Positions 29,071-38,676 of a DNA stretch of 64,000 bases are shown here, piece by piece. How positions within the stretch are numbered: position 1 is the first letter of the stretch; every line of letters starts with the position of its first letter. Made by a program: the position numbers and the translations under genes. The stretch is from Patescibacteria group bacterium (GTDB lineage Bacteria; Patescibacteriota; Saccharimonadia; UBA4664). The stretch lies in contig JAQGHG010000003.1 in assembly GCA_028288925.1 (NCBI GenBank), positions 30,500-94,499 of the forward strand, read 5' to 3'. The notes beneath the pieces are model-generated. The model did not search any database. It had not been told where the DNA came from and worked only from the letters and a program-made list of their open reading frames with translations.

Positions 29071-29652
29071 TCATCGAGAAAACAGCTCCTTAATCATTCG
29101 GTAGTCTGGCATCACGTCCTCGCGCACATCGTCAAAGAAGATCTTGTTGTTCAAGTCGCGCTCAATTTTGTTGAGCGCCCACTGTTTGATGTCTTCAAGC
29201 TTCATATCGCGTCCAAATGCCCAAATCGCGAATACATAAAAATCCGTCTTCAAATGAGCCAAAGAATCAGCAGTAGATAATATCTTACCCTCGACCGATT
29301 CGGGATGCTCGTCGCCGTGGCAACTGTGATAACGAATAGCGTCATCAACCACTAGCTTAATCTCACGCTCTAAAAAGCTCGATTCCCGCATGAGTTCGCG
29401 GGCCATGCGTAGGCTTTCTTGCTCATGGCCATCAGTGCTGCGCTTCATCCGGACATCAGCAATGTCGTGCAGCAGTGCCGCCGCGCGTGCTAGCTCCTCA
29501 TTGGCGCCATGTTTCTTTGCGAGTTCCGTAGCGTAGTCCGCCACAACAAAAACGTGATTATCTCCATACCAAGTTGCCCATTGATCCCGGCCGGGATCAA
29601 TGCCTTCATATAAGACCTTAACTTTTGCCTCAAGTATGTCGATATGCTCCAC
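29071..29652 (-). CDS. HD-domain protein
   Basis: NHV, ALLHDIA and TADSLAH motifs. Confidence 0.85.
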   Translation of the reverse strand: MEHIDILEAKVKVLYEGIDPGRDQWATWYGDNHVFVVADYATELAKKHGANEELARAAALLHDIADVRMKRSTDGHEQESLRMARELMRESSFLEREIKLVVDDAIRYHSCHGDEHPESVEGKILSTADSLAHLKTDFYVFAIWAFGRDMKLEDIKQWALNKIERDLNNKIFFDDVREDVMPDYRMIKELFSR

Positions 29653-29734
29653 TTTTGCTTCATCCTTCTCGTCGTTAGCATCTTATCAGGCTTACCGCGT
29701 TTCGGGCTCAAACGTGCGTGATGTTAGAACCCGG

Positions 29735-30352
29735 CTAGAAAATTAAAACCCTTCCATCCTCGATAGCCTCATACTTCATGCCGTGCTGCTTGCAATATTC
29801 GATGCCGCGTTCGATAGCCTTGCTTTCTGGGTGATCGGAGCGCCAATGAGGCATAAAAGCAAAATCCACCAATCCCAGGCCTTCCCAGATGGTATGGTCT
29901 AACTGCTCGTAAGGCATTATGGTCGGGTCGCCTACTACAGCGTAAGGTTTGAGCGACGGAGCCAAAACACACCCGGCTGCGCTATAGCCCGAGTATAGAA
30001 AGTCTGGGTTTGTCGCCTGGCGAATGATGATGTCATCCAGGCCGCTCAGAAACATAGCTTGTCGAAGCACGAACACATTGCCGCCGAGAACAAATACCGC
30101 ACCCTTCGACTCTATTGCCGTTTTCAGACTAGCTTTATCGTCAAAGAAATCACGCAGGTCAATTACTTCCGCATCTAGGCCAAGGTCATCCAAACGTTCG
30201 ATTTTATTCTTGATACTTCTAATTGTGGTTTCATCATCTCTAGGACGGAAATCTAAGGCGTTGGGTATTATTGCGATCTCAGTTCCGGGCGCCAATTGCG
30301 CAAGCTCATCGCTCTTATCGCCAAATTTGAAGGAAGATAAGTAAAACTTCAT
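29735..30352 (-). CDS. Peptidase E (S51) family protein
   Basis: GGNVFVL, GYSAAG and MPH motifs. Confidence 0.85.
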   Translation of the reverse strand: MKFYLSSFKFGDKSDELAQLAPGTEIAIIPNALDFRPRDDETTIRSIKNKIERLDDLGLDAEVIDLRDFFDDKASLKTAIESKGAVFVLGGNVFVLRQAMFLSGLDDIIIRQATNPDFLYSGYSAAGCVLAPSLKPYAVVGDPTIMPYEQLDHTIWEGLGLVDFAFMPHWRSDHPESKAIERGIEYCKQHGMKYEAIEDGRVLIF

Positions 30353-30430
30353 GCTCTCATCATAACAAAAACGAGGCTGTGATTAGCCTTGCTTTAAGAA
30401 TAATTTCCTGGCTCCGGGTCATATTGGAAA

Positions 30431-30907
30431 TTAGAACTCGGATACTACTTCAGACCGTGAGAATACTTTGAAGCCGGCCTTCATTGCTTCATCTACAAAG
30501 GCTTCATTAAACGAACCATCTCCATGAGATAGATAGAGTATCTTTACTCGTTTTCGCTCGCTCGCTTTGGCGCCATTTAGCCAGTCTTTGATTAGCATCG
30601 GCGATAACTGTGCTCCTTCGATCACGGTGGGCAAGTCAACTTTGTTGAGCCGATCTTCTATTAAGGATTTAATATGAGGCCAATAAGTATGCGCTTCAAT
30701 CTTGTAATCACTAAAGCTGGGCGTGCGCCGATCATGCTTAGCTTGCCAGACGGGGAGTTTAGCGGAGAAATCTTCTTTTGATATAGAGGCATTGTAGGCG
30801 GGCATCAGCCCATCTAGCTCAACGATCTCGGCATGATGCTTGTTGCCAATATGCTTAGCTAGGAAACTTTTTCCTACACCCGGGGCGCCACCGATGAGAT
30901 ATAACAT
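30431..30907 (-). CDS. P-loop kinase/AAA-like protein
   Basis: Walker A LIGGAPGVGKS, plus VIEG. Confidence 0.7.
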   Translation of the reverse strand: MLYLIGGAPGVGKSFLAKHIGNKHHAEIVELDGLMPAYNASISKEDFSAKLPVWQAKHDRRTPSFSDYKIEAHTYWPHIKSLIEDRLNKVDLPTVIEGAQLSPMLIKDWLNGAKASERKRVKILYLSHGDGSFNEAFVDEAMKAGFKVFSRSEVVSEF

Positions 30908-30961
30908 AAAGACATGATAACAAAATAAGGCTAAACAGCCTCGTTCTAAAGGGATAATAAC

Positions 30962-31036
30962 TGGCTCCGGAGGTCGGGCTCGAACCGACGACCAATTCGT
31001 TAACAGCGAACTGCTCTACCACTGAGCTACTCCGGA
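30962..31036 (-). tRNA. tRNA-Asn (GTT)
   Basis: TCCGGAG acceptor stem, TAGCTCAGTGGTAGAGC, anticodon loop CT-GTT-AA, GGTTCGAGCCC and encoded CCA. Confidence 0.96.
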
Positions 31037-31112
31037 ACATGGTACTCGCGAATTATATCGAGACAGCCTCGCTTGGTCAATGATTTAGCTCGCCGTGGTA
31101 GGCCAAAACTGT

Positions 31113-31257
31113 TATGATACGCGCATGAACTATCGCCGCGCCAACCTCTGTGCGTGTACCTGCCACCCTCACGGGAGGTCGGTTTAGCGTAGTCTTGTAA
31201 CAACAGCCAAAGATTAAGCATAAGCAGTATCCTCCCCACCGGGAGGTTTTTTGTTTT
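31113..31257 (+). promoter_or_regulatory. Putative attenuator: -10 box, leaderless short ORF, antiterminator and intrinsic terminator
   Basis: TG-n-TATGAT at 31113, short ORF 31125-31187, hairpin cctccc-cacc-gggagg plus U tract at 31231-31257, and an alternative gggagg at 31173-31178. Confidence 0.7.
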
Positions 31258-31270
31258 AGGAAGGAATATC

Positions 31271-32164
31271 ATGCTTACAACCTCAGAACCCATCATCACC
31301 ATGAGCGAAATCGAGCAAGCAGCCGACCGCCTGGCCGGAGTCGCCCGCCGCACGTCGCTGGAATACTCCGCGCCGCTTTCGGAGCGCTATGGAGCCAAAA
31401 TCTACCTCAAACGCGAGGACTTGCAGCTCGGCGGTTCGTACAAGATCCGCGGCGCCTACAACCTCATGGCCGGCCTGAGCGCCGCCGAACAACAACTCGG
31501 CGTAGTCGCGGCCAGCTCGGGCAATCATGGGCTGGCCGTGGCACTGGCAGCCGCGCGGCTGCAGATCCACGCCACCATCTACCTCCCCTTCGCCACGCCG
31601 CTAGCCAAGGCCACTCAGCTGCGCCGGCTCGGTGGCGGCTGGGTGACGGTGCGGCTAGCCGGCCGCGACCTCGACGCCAGCCTGATCGCCGCCCGCCATG
31701 CCGCCGTCATCTCCGGCGCCACCTTGGTGCACCCGTTCGACGACGCCCGCATCATCGCCGGGCAGGGGACTATCGCCCCCGAAATCCTGGCGCAGTTGCC
31801 GGCCGCCCCTCAGCTGGTGGTGGCGCCCATTGGCGGCGGCGGCCTCATCGGCGGGCTCGGCGCGTACTTCCAGGCCGCCGCCCCCGGCTTGCGGCTCATC
31901 GGCGTGCGCCCTGCGGCCGGCGATACCATCGCATCGAGCGTGGTCATCAAAACGCGCGGCCGCCTCACTTCCCAGCTCGCCGCGCTCATTCATCAAGAGC
32001 TCACCGTCTCAGACACCCACATTCGCCGCGCCCAAGCCGAGCTAGAGCACCATCATGGCATCGCTGCCGAACCCGCCGGTGCGCTTGCTACAGCCGCGCT
32101 ATTCCAGCTTGCCGAATCTGCCGCCGGCCAAACTATTGTGGTTATCATTAGCGGCCGAGGCTAG
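31271..32164 (+). CDS. ilvA: Threonine/serine dehydratase (IlvA-like, no C-terminal regulatory domain)
   Basis: KREDLQ..SYKIRGAYN, ASSGNHG, HPFDD, GQGTIA, GGGGL and EPAGA motifs. Confidence 0.8.
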   Translation: MLTTSEPIITMSEIEQAADRLAGVARRTSLEYSAPLSERYGAKIYLKREDLQLGGSYKIRGAYNLMAGLSAAEQQLGVVAASSGNHGLAVALAAARLQIHATIYLPFATPLAKATQLRRLGGGWVTVRLAGRDLDASLIAARHAAVISGATLVHPFDDARIIAGQGTIAPEILAQLPAAPQLVVAPIGGGGLIGGLGAYFQAAAPGLRLIGVRPAAGDTIASSVVIKTRGRLTSQLAALIHQELTVSDTHIRRAQAELEHHHGIAAEPAGALATAALFQLAESAAGQTIVVIISGRG

Positions 32165-32344
32165 GTATTTGTCATATGTCGTCAAACGGCTTATACAAAC
32201 TTACAGCTACGCTCGAAGAAAGCAATTCCTATATACCGTTTGGCGACATATAGGATCGGCTCAACACCTCGCTCCGGCGCCGCATTGTGCCAAGACCACA
32301 CCTTTTCAGCCCCTTCTCAGGTATTTCAGGCTACAATACCAGAC

Positions 32345-33028
32345 ATGAGAATCCTAGTTGTAGAAGACGAGCACAAAATCGCCAGCGCCATCAAGCGCGG
32401 CCTAGAGCAAGAATCCTATGCGGTCGACGTAGCCTATGACGGCGACGAAGGCCTCAGCAGCGCGCTCACCGACGAGTACGACGTCATGATCTTCGACCGC
32501 ATGCTCCCCGGCCTCCTCGACGGCGCCGATATCTGCAAAGAAGTCCGCGCCAACGGCATCCGCACGCCCATCCTCATGCTCACCGCCAAAGACAAGATCG
32601 GCGACCGCGTCGAGGGCCTCAACGCTGGCGCCGACGATTACCTGATCAAACCTTTTGCCTTCGAGGAGCTGCTAGCCCGTATCCGTGCCCTCCTGCGCCG
32701 CCCCCAAGACCACGTCGGCAATGTCCTTACCTTGGACGATCTCAGCCTCGACACCGAAAACTACGAGGTCAAACGCGCCGGCCGCAAAATCCAGCTCTCC
32801 CAACGCGAATACGCCCTCCTCGAGTATCTCCTGCGCAACCAAAACCGCATTCTCTCCAAGTCCAACATCATCGGCCACGTCTGGGACTACGACGCCGACA
32901 TTTTGCCCAACACGCTTGAAGTCTATATTGGCTACCTGCGTGGTAAAATTGAGCGGCCCTTTACCGGCCCGGAACTCATCCACACAGTGCGCGGGTTTGG
33001 CTATAAACTCAGCGTCGAAAGCAAATAA
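32345..33028 (+). CDS. OmpR/PhoB-family response regulator
   Basis: MRILVVEDE, D.MLP, GADDYLIKPF and TVRGFGY motifs. Confidence 0.95.
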   Translation: MRILVVEDEHKIASAIKRGLEQESYAVDVAYDGDEGLSSALTDEYDVMIFDRMLPGLLDGADICKEVRANGIRTPILMLTAKDKIGDRVEGLNAGADDYLIKPFAFEELLARIRALLRRPQDHVGNVLTLDDLSLDTENYEVKRAGRKIQLSQREYALLEYLLRNQNRILSKSNIIGHVWDYDADILPNTLEVYIGYLRGKIERPFTGPELIHTVRGFGYKLSVESK

Positions 33029-33045
33029 TACCTAAGGGCACACCC

Positions 33046-34086
33046 ATGTTCCGCTCCGCCATCGCCAAACTCACCCTGTCGTACCTGGGCATCATTATGG
33101 TGCTCAGCCTGCTTTTTAGTTTCGCGCTCTACCGCGAATCCTCGAACCAGCTCATCGAAACCGCCAACCGTCAACACAACGCCGTCAACCGCTTCGCCCT
33201 CCCTATCGGGTTCAATGCTCAGCGCGACGCCTACAGCCAGCTCATCGACGACCAGCTCGCCGCCGCCCAGCATCAGCTGCAAATCCGCCTACTTATTCTC
33301 GATCTGGCTACCCTGATGATCGGCGGGGGCGCCTCATACTTCCTGGCCCGCCGCACGCTGCGCCCCATCCAGAACGCCATGGAGGCCCAGGGCCGGTTCA
33401 CCGCCGACGCCTCGCACGAACTGCGCACCCCCCTCACGGCCATGCGCACCGAGATCGAGGTCGCGCTGCGGGGCAAAGAACTCACGCCCAAGGAAGCCCG
33501 CGAACTACTCCAGAGCAACCTCGAAGAGATCGCCAAGCTCGAGTCGCTCTCGGCCGGCCTGCTGCGGCTGGCCCAGTTTGAACGTGGCATCGCCCCCGAT
33601 GCCCTCGCCAAAGTGCCTGTCAAAGACATCTTTGCCGAAGCCGCCGCTCGCTTCCAGCCCCAGCTCAAAGCCCGCGACATCACGCTCCAACAGACCGCCG
33701 GCGCTCACACCATCGAAGGCGACCGCGCCAGCCTCACCGAGCTCGTGGCTATCCTGCTCGATAATGCGATCAAATATAGTCCGCCCAAATCGGAAGTATC
33801 GCTTCGCGGAGCCAAGAACGGCAACTTCGTCTCTCTCAGCGTCACCGACCACGGCGTCGGCATGAAAGCCTCCGATATCCCCTACATCTTCAACCGCTTC
33901 TACCGCGCCGACCGCTCGCGGTCCAAAGAGCAAATCCACGGCTACGGCCTCGGCCTCTCCATTGCCAAACGCATCGCCGACCTCCACCACGGCGCCGTCA
34001 CCGTCACCAGCGCCCCTGGCAAGGGCAGCACCTTCACCGTCAAACTCCCTGCCGAGTACGAGGACAAAAAGTCCCTCCTTGGCTAA
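33046..34086 (+). CDS. Sensor histidine kinase
   Basis: Two TM helices, ASHELRTPL, NAIKY and GLGLSI. Confidence 0.95.
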   Translation: MFRSAIAKLTLSYLGIIMVLSLLFSFALYRESSNQLIETANRQHNAVNRFALPIGFNAQRDAYSQLIDDQLAAAQHQLQIRLLILDLATLMIGGGASYFLARRTLRPIQNAMEAQGRFTADASHELRTPLTAMRTEIEVALRGKELTPKEARELLQSNLEEIAKLESLSAGLLRLAQFERGIAPDALAKVPVKDIFAEAAARFQPQLKARDITLQQTAGAHTIEGDRASLTELVAILLDNAIKYSPPKSEVSLRGAKNGNFVSLSVTDHGVGMKASDIPYIFNRFYRADRSRSKEQIHGYGLGLSIAKRIADLHHGAVTVTSAPGKGSTFTVKLPAEYEDKKSLLG

Positions 34087-34115
34087 CGAAGCAGAAAAAG
34101 CGTAGAGCGAAGGGA

Positions 34116-34206
34116 ATTCATTCAAAAATCTCAAAGCAGCGCCTGACAGCACAACGGCTCCCGTAACCAAAAAGGGGAGAGTTCGCTGCTGGATTTTTGA
34201 ATGAAT
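34116..34206. repeat. Nested inverted-repeat element (MITE/REP-like or structured RNA)
   Basis: Perfect 15-bp IR attcattcaaaaatc / gatttttgaatgaat enclosing agcagcg/cgctgct and ctccc/gggag stems. Confidence 0.55.
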
Positions 34207-34299
34207 ACCCGCAGCAAACGTAAAAGTTTGATTTCACCTAAGCCAAACCTCAGATATTCCCCTTACAGTAGCCTCAAACAACTAAGGAGTAATAATTAT

Positions 34300-35646
34300 A
34301 TGAGCACCATTGTGCGGGGCGTGCGCAACGCCTTCCGCAACACTATCCGGACCGGTGGCGTCACCGTGATCCTGGCGCTGAGCATCGGCTTGGCGCTGGT
34401 CATGCTGCTGTCGCTCAAGACCGTCCAGGCCCGTATCCAGACCGTCAAGCAATCGATTGGCAATACTATTAGCGTGTCGCCGGCCGGCGCGCGCGGATTC
34501 GACGGCGGGGGTGAGCCGCTCACCCAGACCGACCTCGACGCGGTAAAGAGTCTGCCACACGTCAGCGGCGTCGTAGCCTCGCTCAACGACCGCCTCACGC
34601 CCATCACCGATACCTCGCTGGCCTCGGCCATCGACCCTGGCACACTCGGCAATCGTTTCCGCAGCCGCGGCGGTGATGCCGCCCCTGCCCCCGCCGGCAA
34701 TTCCTCGGGTGGTGCTACCCGCACCTTCACCATCCCGATCATGGTCAGCGGCGTAGGCCAAGTAACGGCCGCCGCCGTCAATGCCACCAGCCTCAAGTTC
34801 ACCTCGGGTAGCGCCGTCGACGCGTCGGGCAAGGCCAACGTAGCCGATATCGGCACCGAGCTAGCCACCAAGAACAACCTTAAAGTTGGCAGCACCTTCA
34901 CCTACGGCACCACCACCGTTACTGTCAGCGGCATCTTCGACGCCGGCAACAAATTTGCCAACGCCGGCGTTATCATGCCCATCGCCACGGTGCAAACGCT
35001 CTCGGCCCAGCCCGGCCAGATCAGCACTGCCACCATTACGGCCGACGACATCACAAACGTACCCGCTGCCGTCACAGCCATTAAGGCTAAGCTCGGCACC
35101 AAAGCCGACGTCGTTAGCCAGCAAGACACAGCGACTAATGCCATCGCGCCGCTCGAAAACATCAAGACCGTCAGCCTCTACAGCCTCATCGGCGCGCTCA
35201 CGGCCGGCGCGGTCATCACCTTCCTGACCATGCTCATGATCGTCCGCGAGCGCCGCCGCGAAATCGGTGTGCTCAAGGCCATCGGCGCCTCCAATGTCAA
35301 GATCGTCGTCCAATTCGTAGCCGAGGCCGTCACGCTCACCAGTATGGGCGCCGTGGTCGGCGTCATCGGCGGGCTGCTGCTAAGTAATCCCGTCCTCAAG
35401 CTGCTCGTCACCACGAGCACCTCCACCAGCACTACCGGCGCGGGCCCAGGCGGCGGTGGCCGCGGCTTCGCCCGCATCATCGGCGGCTTTGGTGGGCAGA
35501 GCCTCCAGAACCTCCAGGCCGTCATAGGCTATGACATCCTGCTCTATGGCCTGCTCGCCGCGCTCATTATCGCCGTGGTCGGCAGTGCTCTGCCCGCCTG
35601 GCTCATCGCTAAAGTTCGCCCCGCCGAAGTTATGAGAGGAGAATAA
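34300..35646 (+). CDS. MacB/FtsX-like ABC transporter permease
   Basis: ERRREIGVLKAIGAS motif and 4-TM topology. AAGGAG lies upstream. Confidence 0.9.
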   Translation: MSTIVRGVRNAFRNTIRTGGVTVILALSIGLALVMLLSLKTVQARIQTVKQSIGNTISVSPAGARGFDGGGEPLTQTDLDAVKSLPHVSGVVASLNDRLTPITDTSLASAIDPGTLGNRFRSRGGDAAPAPAGNSSGGATRTFTIPIMVSGVGQVTAAAVNATSLKFTSGSAVDASGKANVADIGTELATKNNLKVGSTFTYGTTTVTVSGIFDAGNKFANAGVIMPIATVQTLSAQPGQISTATITADDITNVPAAVTAIKAKLGTKADVVSQQDTATNAIAPLENIKTVSLYSLIGALTAGAVITFLTMLMIVRERRREIGVLKAIGASNVKIVVQFVAEAVTLTSMGAVVGVIGGLLLSNPVLKLLVTTSTSTSTTGAGPGGGGRGFARIIGGFGGQSLQNLQAVIGYDILLYGLLAALIIAVVGSALPAWLIAKVRPAEVMRGE

Positions 35647-35648
35647 TC

Positions 35649-36359
35649 ATGCTTATCGTCGAAAATCTCAGCAAAGAGTTCAATTCCGGCGCCGGCCCCG
35701 TCCAGGCCGTCGACAGCATCAGCTTTGAAGTCCCAGAAGGCAAGTTTGCCGCCATCATCGGCAAGAGCGGCTCGGGCAAGAGTACCCTGCTCGCCCTCCT
35801 CGGCGCCCTCGACAAACCCACCTCCGGCGCTATCAAAGTAGGGGATCAGGACATCACCAAGCTCGGCGACCAGGATCTCATCAAGTATCGCCGCAACCGT
35901 ATCGGCTTCGTCTTCCAAGGTTACAACTTGGTCCCGAACCTCACGGCGCTCGAGAATGTCATGCTGCCCATGGAATTTGCCGGGGTCCGCGGCGCCGAGC
36001 GTAAAGCCCGGGCCGCTAGCCTGCTCGACCAAGTCGGCATCACCGTGGAGGAACAGTCGCGCAAACCCAGCCGGCTCTCCGGCGGTCAGCAGCAGCGTGT
36101 CGCCATCGCCCGCGCTCTAGCTAACCGTCCCCAGCTCATCCTAGCCGATGAGCCCACCGGTAACCTCGACAGCACCACCGGCAAGCTCATCGTCGACCTG
36201 CTCCGCCACCTGGCACGCACCGAGAAGACCACCATCCTGGCCGTCACCCACGATCTGGAAATCGCCCGTCAGACCGATCTCACCTTCCGCCTGGCCGACG
36301 GCAAATTAGTAGGGGAGGAGCGCCACGCCCGCGCCCAGCGCCCCGCGGTAGCAGCATGA
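35649..36359 (+). CDS. ABC transporter ATP-binding protein (LolD/MacB type)
   Basis: GKSGSGKS, LSGGQQQR and DEPTGNLD motifs. Confidence 0.95.
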   Translation: MLIVENLSKEFNSGAGPVQAVDSISFEVPEGKFAAIIGKSGSGKSTLLALLGALDKPTSGAIKVGDQDITKLGDQDLIKYRRNRIGFVFQGYNLVPNLTALENVMLPMEFAGVRGAERKARAASLLDQVGITVEEQSRKPSRLSGGQQQRVAIARALANRPQLILADEPTGNLDSTTGKLIVDLLRHLARTEKTTILAVTHDLEIARQTDLTFRLADGKLVGEERHARAQRPAVAA

Positions 36360-36820
36360 GCAGCTTACAGACCATCAAGCGTTTCGATCTGGCCATCCTG
36401 CTAGTGGCGGTTGCCGTCATTACCGGCGGAGCAGGGTTCGCCCTGGGTCACGCCGGCGCTCCCAAGACCACCGCTGCCCCCGGCCAGTCTGCCACCGGCA
36501 ACAGCCCATCAGGCTTCGGTGGTGGTGGCGGACGCCGCTTCGGTGGCCGTCCCACCTTCGGCACCGTCTCCAGCCTCTCCGGCACTATCCTCACTATCAC
36601 CGACACCAGTGGCACGGCCCACGCCGTCACCCTCACCGCCGACACCACCTACACCAATGGCGACCGCACCGCCGCCACCCAGGCCGACCTCAAGGCCGGC
36701 ACGAGTGTCGCGGCCATCGGCCAAGCCGGCTCCGACGGCGCCATCACCGCCACGCGCATTCTCATCAACCCGCAGATGCCCAGCGGGGGAGGCGGTTCCA
36801 GCGGTGCGCCCGCTAATTAA
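36356..36820 (+). CDS. Membrane-anchored DUF5666-like OB-fold protein
   Basis: TM helix, Gly-rich linker, then GTVSSLSG...DLKAG...ITATRI. Confidence 0.65.
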   Translation: MSSLQTIKRFDLAILLVAVAVITGGAGFALGHAGAPKTTAAPGQSATGNSPSGFGGGGGRRFGGRPTFGTVSSLSGTILTITDTSGTAHAVTLTADTTYTNGDRTAATQADLKAGTSVAAIGQAGSDGAITATRILINPQMPSGGGGSSGAPAN

Positions 36821-36832
36821 CCGCGCGATATC

Positions 36833-38593
36833 CTAAGTCCCGTTTGTTGTCTGCTTCCGCCACAGCCCCGCGTACCGTCCGCCCAGCGCCAGTAACTCTT
36901 CATGCGCGCCCTGCTCCACGATCCGCCCCTCGTGCATCACGATAATCCGGTCCAGCCCCGCCACCGTACTCAACCGGTGCGCGATCACAATTGCCGTATG
37001 CTTCCCAATAATCTTCGGCAGCGCGCGCTGAATAATCTGCTCGCTCTCGCTGTCGAGCGCGCTCGTGGCTTCGTCAAAAATCATAATCGGCGCGTTCTTC
37101 AGAATCGCCCGCGCGATCACCACCCGCTGCTTCTGGCCGCCGCTCAACTTCACGCCGCGCTCGCCCACTATCGTGCCGTAGCCGTCGGGCAGCCGGGCGA
37201 TAAATTCATGAGCGTGCGCCGCCTCGGCTGCCCGCTCTATTTCCGCCCCACTCGCGCCTTCATCAAAATAGGCGATATTATCGCGAATACTCCGGTGAAA
37301 CAACAAGGGTTCTTGCGGAACGTAGGCAATGCTGCGGCGCAGCTCGCTCTGGCGCACCGCGCGGATATCGGTGCCGTCTACCCGGATCGCGCCGCCCGTC
37401 ACATCATCAAACCGCATCAGCAGGCTCGCCAATGTACTCTTGCCGGCGCCGCTCAGGCCCACGATGCCAATCTGCTCTCCGCCGGCGATCGCGATATTCA
37501 GCCCCTCGAACACCTCAATCCGCCTACCCGTCCCCGAGTGCGATGGGTAGCTAAAGTTCACATTCTCAATCGTAATAGCGCCCTTCGGCACCTCAAGGTT
37601 CTGTGGCTCATCAGGATCGCGTATCGTCTCCCGCTCATTCCCCAAGTAGGCGAGCGTCGGATAGGTCTTGGTGATTAAATCGTCGTGCTTCAAGATAAGG
37701 TTGGGAATCTGGGCCACATTTCGGACAATCTGGAACATGTAGCTCAGCGTCAGGACGATTAACCCGACCGAATCCGGGCGGTGCTTCGCGCTGGCCACCA
37801 CCACAAAGAATGCGGCTGTTACCCCGGCTGCCGTCAAAATACTCCGGGGCATATCCAGGAACGTAGCCGTTTTACGCCGCAGCCAAAACGTCTCTACCTC
37901 TTCTTGGGCTAGCGCGTTCATCTTACTGCGGGATTCCTTCTCTAGACCTCCCGATTTAAGAGCCACGATATTAGTTATCTCATCGGCCACTTCTCCTGTA
38001 ACCTTGCGGAGAATCTCATGCGCCGCCTTGCGGTAGGCGTTTGATTTCGACGACGCCCACATTACATACAAAAATTGCACCAATACGATACCAAAAGCCA
38101 CCAAGCCCAGCCGCCAGTCGGCCGCCAAGAGCACAAACACCGGCACCACGAGCGCCAGCACAATTCCTACGCCATCGCTGCGCAGGAGCCGCACCAGGTC
38201 CATGGTGCCGTCCAAATGCTGCCGGAAGAGGCCGGCCAGGTAGCCGGTTTGGTGGTCACGGTAGAAGGCCATATCCTTCCCGGTCAGCCGGCCGTGGAAG
38301 GAAGGCATGAGCCGGCCATATTCTTTATTCTCGGACCGGGTCGCCACTAGGTCGCCAATCGAGCCAAGCATCGTACCAAACACATACGACCAGAAAAAAT
38401 ACACAATGTTGCGCTTGGCGCTCTCTAAGTCTCCGGCCGCTAGGCTGGACGCGGCCTGCGCCATTAAAACGGTGACATAAATCCGCGTTAGGAACACCCG
38501 TACAATTTCGGTGGCAAACCCAAACCACACCCCCGGCTGCCGACCGTAAGTGGATAGTAAATGACGATAAACAGCTTTATTCACAGCCTCCAT
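36833..38593 (-). CDS. ABC exporter, fused permease/ATPase
   Basis: TM domain plus GLSGAGKS, LSGGQKQR and DEATSALD. Confidence 0.93.
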   Translation of the reverse strand: MEAVNKAVYRHLLSTYGRQPGVWFGFATEIVRVFLTRIYVTVLMAQAASSLAAGDLESAKRNIVYFFWSYVFGTMLGSIGDLVATRSENKEYGRLMPSFHGRLTGKDMAFYRDHQTGYLAGLFRQHLDGTMDLVRLLRSDGVGIVLALVVPVFVLLAADWRLGLVAFGIVLVQFLYVMWASSKSNAYRKAAHEILRKVTGEVADEITNIVALKSGGLEKESRSKMNALAQEEVETFWLRRKTATFLDMPRSILTAAGVTAAFFVVVASAKHRPDSVGLIVLTLSYMFQIVRNVAQIPNLILKHDDLITKTYPTLAYLGNERETIRDPDEPQNLEVPKGAITIENVNFSYPSHSGTGRRIEVFEGLNIAIAGGEQIGIVGLSGAGKSTLASLLMRFDDVTGGAIRVDGTDIRAVRQSELRRSIAYVPQEPLLFHRSIRDNIAYFDEGASGAEIERAAEAAHAHEFIARLPDGYGTIVGERGVKLSGGQKQRVVIARAILKNAPIMIFDEATSALDSESEQIIQRALPKIIGKHTAIVIAHRLSTVAGLDRIIVMHEGRIVEQGAHEELLALGGRYAGLWRKQTTNGT

Positions 38594-38676
38594 AGTACCA
38601 TCCACGAAAAGTCTTGACGTGCTTCCGAGGCGCACTGTTACAATCCAAGCAACACGCAGTAACAGAAGGGGACAAT

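Noticed and set aside
31113-31257. T-box riboswitch
   Set aside because: No T-box consensus (GGTGGnACC) and the leader is too short for stem I.
34141-34190. Hammerhead ribozyme
   Set aside because: The CUGAnGA and GAAA core is not present on either strand.
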